From Raja brachyura (lineage: Eukaryota): DNA of 64,000 nt. This document shows positions 24,330-36,200 of this stretch, piece by piece. Under the pieces are notes generated by a model. That model was not told the origin of the DNA. It was given only the letters and a program-made list of their open reading frames with translations, and did no database searches. Numbering within the stretch: the first letter of the stretch is position 1; the number at the start of each line of letters is the position of its first letter. The stretch lies in the NCBI GenBank assembly GCA_963514005.1, contig OY740787.1, positions 70,866,001 through 70,930,000 on the forward strand, in the 5' to 3' direction. Made by a program: the position numbers and the translations under genes.

Positions 24330-24790
24330 TATACCTACTCCCTCACATCCATTCAGGATGTTCACACGCATCTCCTCTAACCCTATCGTATCTGTTCCCG
24401 AAGTGGCTTCAGTGAGACCAAGCGTAGATATGCCAACTGTTTTGCTAAACACTTGCGCTTGGTTCACCAAGGCTTACTAGATCTCCTGGTTGCTGACCAT
24501 TTTAATTCCCATATTGACCATTCTGTCCTGGGCCTTCTCCATTGCCAGAGTGAGGACATATGCAAACTACAAGAACAGCACCCCATATTCCGCTTGGGTT
24601 GCTTACAATCCAAAGGTAAGAAAATGTAATTCTCCAATTACATAAATACATCAACCTGGTCATACCTACAACCGGGTAATTAACCTAGAAAAACCCCAAC
24701 CTCCTCTCTTCTCCCGCACCTCCCTATGCCCCACCTTGATGTGCACCCATTTCTTCTCTTCCACCTATATATCTTTATATGGCAATTCTA
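24330..24790 (+). mobile_element. Decayed Penelope-like GIY-YIG remnant (tail resumes ~29125-29320)
   Basis: gtgagaccaagcgtag...ttgccagagtgagg...gaacagcaccccatattccgcttggg matches 15628-15830. Confidence 0.7.
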
Positions 24791-24794
24791 CATC

Positions 24795-27700
24795 ACTATT
24801 AGATTGGATTCGTGTTACCCATCCTGACTGAATCTTAACATCTGGTGTTTTGTCAGACTGCTTTAGCGATCATTCTGCTATCTTCTGTGTGTGGAAGATT
24901 AAACCTTCCCATCTTCCTCCTAGATTTATTTGTGTCAGACAATTTAGAAAATTTAATTATGATAATTATATGCATGACCTGATTGCAATAAACTGGGACA
25001 GGTTTCAACTTATACCAACTGTTGAGGATGCCTGGAACTATTTATACACTGAAGTCACAAGAGTTATTGATAAGCATGCCCCCTGGAGAGAAATAAAAGT
25101 CAAGGGAAAACATTTACCATGGATTAGTGGTGATTTGGTCAACCTTTTTAATGAGCGGGATAAAGTCTGGAAGACTTTCAGGGAAACAAAGGACCCTGCT
25201 GATTGGGAAAAATATAGGTCCTTAAGGAATCAGTGTACGACAAGAACACGTAATGCTAAATCAAGTCATTTTAAAAAACATCTTTCTGAAGATATGCATA
25301 ATCCAAAAAAGTTCTGGAAAAGACTAAATAATGTTCTTAATAAATCAAATCAAAATATCAGCACTCAGATTTGGGTCAATAATGACATAATTCAGGACCC
25401 TGCTGTTATATCCAATGCTTTCAACCATCACTTCCCCACTGTATGTAGCTCTACTGTATTTGACTCATCTATTATATGTGACTTTCCAGCTACCTCTACA
25501 TGTAGAAGCTCTTTTTCTTTTCAAAAAATAAAACCTGTTGACGTTCAACATGCTATTAATGAATTAAAGGATGATAGTGGATCTGGACCAGATGGTATTG
25601 AGACTAAATTCATTAAGTTAGGAGCTAATATTCTAACGTACCCATTGTGTGACCTGTTTAATTTGTCCTTCTCAACTTGTACCCTCCCTCTCGCATGGAA
25701 GTGTGCCAATGTTACTCCACTGCATAAGGGAGGTGACCCACAGGATATTAACAATTACCGCCCCATCTCAATTATCAACTCGGTGGCTAAAATCCTCGAG
25801 AAACTAGTGTTCATCCAGCTATCATATTACGTCTCAACTTTCAACATTCTATCTCCATGCCAGGCTGGGTTCAGACCTAATCACTCCACAACTACAGCTC
25901 TGTTAAAACTCACCAGCGATGTGTTTTCTGCTTCTGAGGATGGTAAACTCACCGGTGCCATCTTTCTTGATTTAACCAAGGCCTTTGATGTTGTTGACCA
26001 CTACCTACTGCTTGATAAACTTTACTCAATTGGTCTTTCTCAAAACAATCTACTGTGGTTTAACTCGTACCTTCATAACAAACGCCAATGTGTTACCTTT
26101 AATGGAAGTCAATCTAATTCCTTAATTATTGAGAAGGGGGTCCCGCAAGGTTCGTCTTTGGGACCACTCCTTTTCTCTATTTTCATATACGACCTCCCTA
26201 ATATTTGTTCTGACTGTCAAACACAACTATATGCTGATGATGCAGTGCTATATACATCTAGTACTAACAAGTCCAAAATTGAAAGATCCCTTCAATGAGA
26301 TCTTACTTCTGTTCAGAAATAGCTATTATTTAACAAATTAATTTTAAATAAAAATAAATCATGCAGTATGTTATTTGGTACCAGACAAGGCCTTGGTAAT
26401 TCTGCAGATCTGACTATATCATTTAATGAAGGATCACCATTAGAACAAGTATTGGACTTCAAATATCTTGGAGTTTGGCTCAACCCATTTACACAGCATA
26501 TTGAGACGATTACTAAAAAACTCAGCTGTAATCTAGTTGTTCTTTACCGCCATATAAATTGTTTCACCTTTCAGATGAGAAAAATAATTGTCTCTCAACT
26601 ACTACTACCAACACTGGATTATGCTGATATTGTCTATCAGAATACATTTGATACACATCTTCAACCCCTCAATGTAGTTTATAATAGTCTCTGCAGATTT
26701 ATTTTAAGGTGTCCATATCTAACACACCACTGTTCTATGTACGAAACTCTAAACTGGTTATCCTCCCACGCTCGAAGATGCTACCACTGGTTCCAGTTCA
26801 TCTTTAAATGCATCCATCTCAATTACCCTTCTTATTTAAAACAAGACCTATTACTATACACACCCTCATATTCACTAAGACATATTCAGCAACCCTTCTT
26901 TTTCATTCCAAGAATTAACAAAGAAATTGGGAGACGTGCATTTAAATTCAAAGCTCCTTCTGACTGGAACACTCTGCCTAGTACCATAAGAACTAATAGC
27001 TCATTTTGTCTATTTAAAAATACACTTTTACCCTTACTTATAAAACCATGTACCTGTTTCTAGTATTAGAGTCTTCGAGCTCCTTTATCTAGCTTGCTCT
27101 GTGTGTGATCATTTGTCATAGCTATTGTTAGGTATGTTACAAAACTTACCTTGAGCAGCGCTGCAGTTCTGCCGCTCCCCGACTTTGGCGCCTTTCAGAG
27201 GTGGGCGGGCTTAAAGTGCCGTTTTTCTTCAGACTGGTCAAATCGATCATGTCGGGCGATTTCGTTGCGGAAGAAAAATCGCTCCGACATTTCATTAATG
27301 AAGATATTTTTAAATTACGCTAGATTATTTATTATCTAGAGTAATTTAAAAATCACCTTCAAAAGCCGTGAGCGCCGATAACGGGAAGGATTTTGTGTAG
27401 GGGAGAAAAAAAGGTACACAGTTTATTTTTATATTAAAAGTTGGTTTTTATGGAGGCTTTAATAATATTTTCATGTTGCGAAATGGGGTCCAAAAAAAAT
27501 GTATGAACCGGCTGTATTTTTCATACTGACTTCACCGCAAACCGCAACGTTCCAATCCACCGCATTCCACTAAAACCCACTCGCTAGTTGATTTAAATGG
27601 CCATTAATTTACAGGCATTAAACACTAAATTACTTCCATTTGGCCCAGAAATTCATGAAAATGAGATTTAAAAATTATGTTATATTGTGGATTATTGGGT

Positions 27701-28411
27701 GAATGTTATTTGGACACTTAGGCAATTAAAAAAAAGTTTATCTTTTCTTAAGAAATGGATAGATGTTTAGATCTACTCATTGAATTTTGTAATTAGCTAC
27801 AATTAGATAACTAATTATATGCTTTAATTTCAGGTCATCCAAGTAAGATTGTTTCATATTTGTTTCAGAATATTTCAATCTACAATAACTGAAAATGTCA
27901 TTGAGTTCTCTTAATTTTTAACAAAGTTATGGGCTTTTGACTGTTCTAGATCACAGCTTTTGAGTTAAGTCAATTGAAAGGCAATGGGGAACAAGATGCT
28001 AATTTCCGAGTATGAAAATGGTCATAACTTTCTTAATACTGAAGATATGAAAGTGAATTAGGTGTCAAATTAAACTTATTTTTATGCTTTATCTTATGGC
28101 ATAAATTGCAGACTTGATTTTTTAAATCTCAAAATGTTGTAACATTGCTACTAATGTATATGCATGGCCAGTACACTTATGTATTATTGTATTGCATAGT
28201 GTAACAAGGTCTTATTTTGTATTATGTCACAATACTATGAAATAATATGAGGATGGAGGGGTTTTGGGATTGGTGTGTGGGTAGGTGGGTCAATGAGAGC
28301 CTCTATGTATGTTATGTCTTGTGCTGTATGTTCTATGTTGGACCCCCTCGAAAACGAGATGACTATCCATCTCAAGGGGTTATCCTGAATAAATTTAAAT
28401 AAATAAATAAA
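24795..28411 (+). mobile_element. L2/CR1-group LINE, 5'-truncated, ORF2 nearly intact; 3' UTR split by a DNA transposon
   Basis: Endonuclease end SDH; RT motifs NYRPIS, FLDLTKAFD, GVPQGSSLGP, LYADD; 24850-27063 is one frame with stops at 26296 and 26320; 3' stem-loop and (TAAA)n tail at 28340-28411. Confidence 0.9.
27129..28150. mobile_element. Non-autonomous DNA transposon, copy 2
   Basis: Same TIRs as 6845-7873; flanks ctattgt / ctaatgt. Confidence 0.88.
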
Positions 28412-28431
28412 TATCAACGGGTCAGTGGTTT

Positions 28432-29118
28432 ATATCAACGGGTCGATGGTTGAAAGGGTCAAGAGCTTTAAATCTCTGGAAATCTTTCCTGGTCCGAGAA
28501 CACTGATGCAATTATTAAGAAAGCACATCAGCGCCTCTACTTCATGAGAAGATGACAGAGAGTCGGTTTGTCAAGGAGGACTCTCTCTAACTTCTTCAGG
28601 TGCACAGTAGAGAGCATGCTGACTGGTTGCATCGCGGCTTGGTTCGGTAACTTGAGCGCCTTGGAGAGGAAAAGACTACAAAAAGTAATAAACACTGCCC
28701 AGTCCATCATCGGCTCTGACCTTCCTTCCATCGAGGGGATCTACCGCAGTCGCTGGCTCAAAAAGGCTGGCAGTATCATGAAGGACCCACACCATCCTGG
28801 CCACACACTCATCTCCCCGCTACCTTCAGGTAGAAGGTACATTCCAGAGGCCTGAAGATTGCAACAACAAGGTTCAGGAATAGCTACTTCTGCACCACCA
28901 TCAGGCTATTAAACTTGGCTCGGCCAAAACTCTGAACATTAACAGCCCATTATCTGTTTATTTGAACTTTATCAGTTTATTTATTCATGTGTGTATATAT
29001 TTATGCAATGGTATATGGACACACTGATCTGTTCTGTAGTCATGCCTACTATGTTCTGTTGTGCTGAAGCAAAGCAAGAATTTAATTGTCCTATTCGAGA
29101 CACACGACAATAAACTTG
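28432..29118 (+). mobile_element. Rex1/Babar-like LINE 3' part
   Basis: LSNFFRCTVESMLTGCIAAWFG...KDPHHPGHTLISPLPSGRRY; ends gacaataaacttgaa. Confidence 0.85.
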
Positions 29119-29934
29119 AATCATGAATCTTCCTCTAAATTCATAATTTGCACTCAAAAATCCCCTCATCTGTATATACCAATCACTTCCAGCTCCCCCC
29201 ACCCCCAGCTACAATCAGTCAGAAGAAGGGTTCCAACCTGAAATGTCACCTGTCCCATGTTCTCCAAAGATGCTACCTGACCAGCTCAGTTACTCCAGCA
29301 CTTTGTGTCGCTTTATGTTAATCTGCTCAATGGAATTAATATGTTTGGAGAGCCAGTTTATTTTACAATTTAAACATCAGGTAAACTGAAGCCATTTTCT
29401 TTATAAAGAAATTCACAAGTTTGCCATTGATTTCAACACCTCGGTTTTGCATCTGGTTAAACTAGATCTTATTGAAACCTGGATAATTCTGAAGGGGTTT
29501 AGATCATTAAATAATACTGATATTTCCATTGTTATTCTCCACTGCAATTAAAATTGTGGTTCACCACGCATTTAGTTTTTAAAATTGGACAATTTCTTTA
29601 TAACAAAATTACTTAAATGACCCAATAACCATAAGACATTGGAGCAGAATTAGGTCATCAGCCTATCGAAGTCTACACTGCCATGCAACAATGCTGATCT
29701 ATTTTTCCCTCTTAACCCCATTCTTCTGCCTTCTCCCTGTAACCTTTGGCACTCTTGAAAAAACACTTTAAAAAAATCAGATCATTTTCAAATGTATGTG
29801 AACTAAAATTCTTGTGCTTTAGTATAGCCAGGTGATGTTACTAAATGGTTAAAGTATTGTGCGTCACAATAAATGTGTGTACTAAAGTGTGTACAAAATA
29901 AGACAGAATATGTTTATAGGTGCGGAAAACATGC

Positions 29935-29940
29935 TTTATT
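29935..29940 (-). terminator. Probable TTN polyadenylation signal
   Basis: AATAAA on minus strand ~1.1 kb after the stop codon, followed by GU/U-rich sequence. Confidence 0.55.
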
Positions 29941-31055
29941 TCACAAACAAATTCAGTTTTACTTTTCTAATTCTCAAGGAGGTCCAATAATATAAACTAA
30001 ACACTACTCCTCTAAATAAAGTTATTGCATAGGGCATTATAATGTTGGAACACAGTGTCATTTTTAATGTGGCTAATTTCTGTTGTCAATGCCCTAAGAA
30101 CAAATAACATTAAATACAATTCTATGATTACCACACAAAACCAGTGCATCCCATGGAAAACCTCCTTGAGTTAGCACTGCTTCCACATAGGAGAACTTGG
30201 AATAGTTTGCTGACACGAGGGTATGACCAGGTTGATGTATTTATACTATCCAAGAAATCACCATGCTAGAAACAGGGCAATATGGTTATACAAAGTAATG
30301 GCCGCTTATACTTTGTATTCATCATTGTCTATGTTAAACAGTGATAGTGACATAGTCGGTTCATTGGCTGTTGTGATGGTATTTGCAGGGAGGGTATTTG
30401 CAAATAGCATCACAAGTCTAGCCATCTAATTCCACAAACTCGTAGGTTGTCTTCAGCAGGGAGCCTCTCCACCTGCTGAGGTATTCTTAGACATCAACAT
30501 TGTGTTGAGGCACAAATTTTAGTTCCAAGTTAAACAAGGTAATCGTCCTATTCAAACTTTCCCCTGCTAACTATCAGTTTCAAGTTGCAATGAAAATCTC
30601 ATGAAACACAAGGTACAAAACTTGCATAACCGTTTAGACCGGCTATATACAGTATGTACATGTCACAGAAAATGGTTAAAAATTCCTAAATCAAGTGCAA
30701 TAATTCATTATTGCACAATCTATCATTTGTTCAGAAATTGTCTAGACTGGTATAAATGCATGATGTCATGTCAGATACAAAAAATAAAATAATATATACA
30801 AGTCAGATTCAAGTTCATTACAATTACAATATCTATTAATTTTCAAGTTTACACAATGCCCCACAATGCCTTCCCTCATAGTGGGAACCATTGTGGGGGG
30901 GATGTTTTTATGTTTATTGTTAAATTCTTTAATGTTGTGTCTTATTTTTATTGCTGTGCTGCAGATGGGAAGTATGGTGTATGTGATAATAAATGTCCTT
31001 TGTCCTTTGTTTGTCCTTTGTTTAGCTTACAACGTGTGATATCAGATTCAAATCT

Positions 31056-31354
31056 TTAAATTGATCTAATTTTAATATTTACAGTGGCAGAATCTGATCC
31101 AAATTCATTTGAGAGTCTTAAAGTGTAGCGTCCTGCATCGTTTTCTTGGACACCTGTAATAATGAGTGTTGTTAGATCATCTGTAGTTTCAATGTGGAAT
31201 CGGCCACCTTCTACTTCATCAGAAAGAGGTTTTCCTCCACGTGACCATTTTACTTGAGGCAGGGGTTCACCTGAGAAAGCACAGGCCACTGTTAAAACTT
31301 TTCCTTTCTCGATTGTGATATCCGATGGTAAAGCTTCGATTTTAGGAGAAGACC
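31056..31354 (-). CDS. TTN: Titin last exon (Mex6, Ig M10)
   Basis: PKIEALPSDITIEKGKVLTVACAFSGEP...DSATVNIKIRSI*. Confidence 0.97.
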
Positions 31355-31454
31355 CTGTTTGAAAAAAAGAAACGAAAGGGTAATTTGTGTCTCTGTCCAG
31401 CACACTGGATATAATTAATAGAAAAAAATTAAGGAGCTTTAGTAATAACATCAC

Positions 31455-31730
31455 CTTTAATACTACCGCTAATCATTCTGCCAGTACTTGCTTCCAAATG
31501 ACTCATACTGGAATGCTCCATAAAAGAGCTGGAGCTCGATGATATCCTTGATTCTTTAAAAGATGACATACTGCTTGAAGACATACTGGCAAACTTAACT
31601 TCACTCATGCTGCTGCTGGCCTCTTGCTTGGACATTTGCAATGTTTTGGAAGAGAAATGTTCCTGCATCATAGCGGAGGCACTGGCACCCGATTCCAAAA
31701 CTACCAATTTTGAAGGTTCTTCAAGGAGAC
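31455..31730 (-). CDS. TTN: Titin Mex5 (is7)
   Basis: LLEEPSKLVVL...SKQEAS...SEVKFASMS, Ser/Met-rich; 276 bp, symmetric phase 1. Confidence 0.93.
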
Positions 31731-31899
31731 CTGTAGAACATAGAGTATCACGCATCACACGATAATTGATGAAGGAAAAACATCAAAATATTTGCATCTA
31801 GTTTAAATTTTAAATCGTGTACAGTATTTTCGAGTGAGACTTTGTTCTATGTTGTACTAAAGGATGCTCTATAAAATGCCAAGATAATAAACAGAGATT

Positions 31900-32988
31900 A
31901 AGATGTGGTGGGGTTTCTTAAATGTGTATATTTTAATGCTAGGAGCATTGTAAGAAAGGTGGATGAGCTTAGGGCCTGGATTGACACCTGGAAGTATGAT
32001 GTTGTGGTGATTAGTGAAACATGGTTGCAGGATGGCTTTGATTGGAAACTAAATATTCCAGGATTTTGTTGCTTCAGGTGTGATAGAATTGGAGGGGCAT
32101 GAGATGGAGGTGTTGCATGAGGTGGAGGTGTTGCATTGCTTGTCAGGGAAGATATTATAGCAGTGCTTTGGCAGGATAGATTAGAGGGCNNNNNNNNNNN
32201 NNNNNNNNNNNNNNNNNNNNNNNNNNNNNNNNNNNNNNNNNNNNNNNNNNNNNNNNNNNNNNNNNNNNNNNNNNNNNNNNNNNNNNNNNNNNNNNNNNNN
32301 NNNNNNNNNNNNNNNNNNNNNNNNNNNNNNNNNNNNNNNNNNNNNNNNNNNNNNNNNNNNNNNNNNNNNNNNNNNNNNNNNNNNNNNNNGGCCTTTATAA
32401 ATCAGAGCATTGAGTATAGAAGTTGGGATGTAATGTTAAAATTGTACAAGGCATTGGTGAGGCCAATTCTGGAGTACAATGTACAATTTTGGTCACCAAA
32501 TTATAGGAAAGATGTCAACAAAATAGAGAGAGTACAGAGGAGATTTACTAGAATGTTACCTGGGTTTCATCACCTAAGTTACAGAGTAAGGTTGAACAAG
32601 ATAGGTCTTTATTCTTTGGAGCACAAAAGGTTATGGGAGGACTTGATAGAGGTCTTTAAAATTATGAGAGGATAGACAGAGTTGACGTGGATAAGCTTTT
32701 TCCATTGAGAGTAGGGAAGATTCAAACAAGAGGACATGATTTGAGAATTAAGGGACAAAAGTTTAGGGGTAACATGAGGGGGAACTGTGTGGAATGAGCT
32801 TCCAGTGGAGTGGTGAAGGCAGGTTCGATTTTATCATTTAAAAATAAATTAGATAGGTATATGGATGGGAACGAAATGGAGGGTTATGGTCTGAGTACAG
32901 GTAGATGGGACTAGGTGAGAGCAAGAGTTCGGCACGGACTAGAAGGGCCGAGGTGGCCTGTTTCCGTGCTGTAATTGTTATATGGTTA
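31900..32988 (+). mobile_element. CR1/HER1-like LINE spanning assembly gap
   Basis: Endonuclease N-terminus (CVYFNARSI...ISETWL) before the gap; ALVRPILEYNVQFWSP and 3' tail after it. Confidence 0.9.
32190..32389. other. Assembly gap (200 N)
   Basis: Run of N. Confidence 1.
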
Positions 32989-33067
32989 AATCAGATTCAC
33001 GGATATCAAAATTGTGTAATAGCAAGTATAATAATTAATTTATGACACCAAGCACCAATTAACTTAC

Positions 33068-33221
33068 CAAGTACAATCAAAGAGGCTGTTGCTGAACATT
33101 GTCCATGGAAATTCTTTGCCGCTGCTGTATATTTTCCACTGTCAGAGACCGCTGTGCACCTAATCTCTAATGTATACATGTTTTTCAAACGATTGATTTT
33201 TATATTTCTTGAGACTGCAAT
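33068..33221 (-). CDS. TTN: Titin Mex4 (second half of Ig M9)
   Basis: IAVSRNIKINR...DSGKYTAAAKNFHGQCSATASLIVL; 154 bp; AG/GT. Confidence 0.95.
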
Positions 33222-33298
33222 CTGAAATGTAGAATAAGTCAAATTATTATTTGTATAACTAGATAAATGAGCAAAAACTAAAATAATTAATTACTTAC

Positions 33299-36200
33299 AG
33301 GTTGGTTGTCTTTTAGCCATTCAACCTCTGGAGAAGGATCCCCTGAGATTTCACAATTAAATGTCACCTTTTCTCCTTCATTGACATTTCGGGATTTGGG
33401 CTGCTTTATGAACTTTGGCGCATTTGATTCTTTTTGCTTAATGGTTAAATCAAATTGACATTTAACTATTCCATGTTCAGTTTTTGCTTCACAGGTGATT
33501 GTGCCTTCATCTCTGAAACTGATGGTTTTGATAGTTAAAGTATGGTCACTTCCAGATACACCATATTGATAATCTCCTGAATTGGCAAGCTCAACACCAT
33601 TTGCAACCCATTTCACACTGGAAGCATTTGGTATGCTGGCCTTAAGAATGGCCTTTTGACCATCAACTGCATTAATCTGTACACGTGTAGCTGTAATCTC
33701 TGTGTACGATGTTTTCAGTTCCTTTTTCACAATTTGCTCCTGAACTACCTTTGCTTCTCCAAGCGACTTAGCTACAGTTTTTTTCTGAGTAGCTTCCTTT
33801 GATTCAGCTAACTTGGTCACTTTGTTGACAATGTTTTTGAATACTTGACCAACAAAGGAAAAAGTTGTTTTGGAAACTCCTCCCTCACCGGTGATTTCAC
33901 AAGTATATTCTCCTTCATCAGTTTCATTAATTCCATAGATACTTAAGGTGTAGACACCATTTGCAGCATATTTCAATTTGTAATGACTGTTTTCTCTTAT
34001 TTTACATCCATCCTTAAACCAAGTTAATTCTTTCACATTCAGAGCTGTGCTTTCAACTGCACATGCTAGTTTTACAGAACCATCGTCAGAAACCTCAGCT
34101 TTCAAAGCTTGAGAAATCTTAGGTGGAGCACTTGCCGGGATCTGCACTCGTTCTGCTGAAGGCGTCCTGTCAGCTGGTGGAGATTTAACTCTTGGAAATG
34201 AAGTGACTGGTTCTGGAGATTTGATTCTCTTGGAAGTTTTTGTTCCCTCAAAAGACTTTGTTTGAGGTTCAGGGACCTTTCGCATTGGCTCTGCTACAAT
34301 ACCCACTTCCTTTACTCCTGCCCTTCGTATTGTCAGAGTAAAATGTGCTTCTTGTTTGCCTTCAGAATTTTCTACCATCACCGTATAGCTTCCTTCATCA
34401 GATGATTGAACTGATGTAATTGTAAAGGTAGATTTATACTGTGTTGTAACAATAAGTAAACGTTTAGAAGTTGTAATAATTCTTCCCCCATGCATCCATG
34501 TCACAGTGGGTGTTGGCTCACCATCAGTGCCACAAGAAAATCTAACAGATTCTCCCTCTGCTATTGTGACTGATTGTGGTTTTGTTAGTATTTTGGCAGG
34601 AAGAGTTCGCTTAGATGCATAAGCTGCCTTTTCCTTTGAATCATAGAGACCGTAGCTGATCGATTCCTTTATTTCGGATTCTTTTGTTCTAGTTTCTTTT
34701 GTCTCTTCAAATTCTGCAGATTTTCTAATTGTGGATATTTGGTAAAAATCCGTTTTTGTCAGTTCAGGTACAAGTGATTTTGGTGCTTCCTCATCTCTAC
34801 GGCGAGACAAGTAGGTAAGGTAGTCACCTCCTGTAATATCTAATGTTGCATAGTCAGAGGCCTCACCTTTATAATTGGAACAAACAACACGATAGGTTCC
34901 ACTATCTTCAGCTTGACAATCCAGAATTTCCAGTGTCAGGACACCAGTCATATCAGTGAAACGATACTTGTCACCCTCTTGAATTTCTTTACCATTGTGG
35001 TACCAACTAACTTCAGATTTTGGCTTGCACAGAATATTTAGAGTAAATCTTGTATTTTGACTGCGCGGGATGCGGTGAGAACGCATTCTCAAAGTTATAC
35101 GTGGACCATGGTCAAGGCTGAAAGGCTCTTGAGTAATAACTTCATATTTCCCTTCTGAAGTTCTTTGAGATTTTAAAGCAGTTTTCATTGACTCATATCG
35201 TGAAAAGATGTCAAATCTAGCAGTTCTTTCAAAGCGTGAAAGTGAGCTTTCTCGAGACACAGGGCTGGGTGAACGAGGCCGGGTTCTCTCGGGTGTGGGT
35301 GAGCGTCTTTCTAAACCTTCACTTTCAAATTCGGTAGGATGTGTTCGAGATCTGATCAGTTCAGAAACAGGTCGCATTAATTCAATGTAAGTTGGGGAAA
35401 GTGATCTCCTTCTCCTAAGAAGCCTTGAGACAGATGGGGATTCTCGACGAACATATTGCTTAACCTCGATGGCTTGTTGTTCTTCTTCTTCTGATTTTGA
35501 TACAAATATCTCTCTTTCTCGTCTTCGTTTGATCCTTAATTTTTCCTCATGTTCCATGTACTCAAGTTCTTTTCGGTAGGTAGACAATCTCTGAGTGGTA
35601 GCAACTGGCCTCAGGAGCTCGTCGTCTTCTATGTCTTCCTCCATTCTTTGTCTTTGCTTTGGAGGTTTATAAACAGCTTTGTCATGTCGCTGTCTGAGAT
35701 CTATATAACTAGGGCCAGCTTCATATTTGGAAGGGATGTGATATTTCTGGTAGCCGATATATTTTTCCTCTTTTTGTGCTGCGGCTAATTGTGTCTGTTT
35801 AGATCTTTGCTGAAGGGATAATAATTCAAAACCGGGAGGGCTACGGCGCGGAGGTGATGCAGAAAATCCTAATTCAAGCTCCTCCTCAAGACGTAATCTT
35901 TCTTCCTCCACTCTTTTCATTGAGAGATAGTCATCAACAGGTAGAAGTAAATCGTCTTCTGACATGTCCCCAAGTGATCGCCTTCTTGGTCTGTAATACA
36001 TTTCGTAGTCAGGTGATGGGGTTCGCCTCCGAGCTGGTCTTACTGTTTCCAGATCATCTTGTGACAGTTTTGGAATTCGCCATTTGGGTTTATACTGATC
36101 GGTAAAGCGCGGCAGTGGCATAACGTAAAACTGCTCCCATCTTGACAGACGAATTCGTTTTGGCCGCTTTGTTACAATTCTTTCCAATGGTGCTGGCATT

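Noticed and set aside
32190-32389. Idea that the missing titin Mex2/M7 lies in the gap
   Set aside because: Gap is downstream of Mex4 and flanked by CR1; M7 would have to sit within the continuous exon upstream
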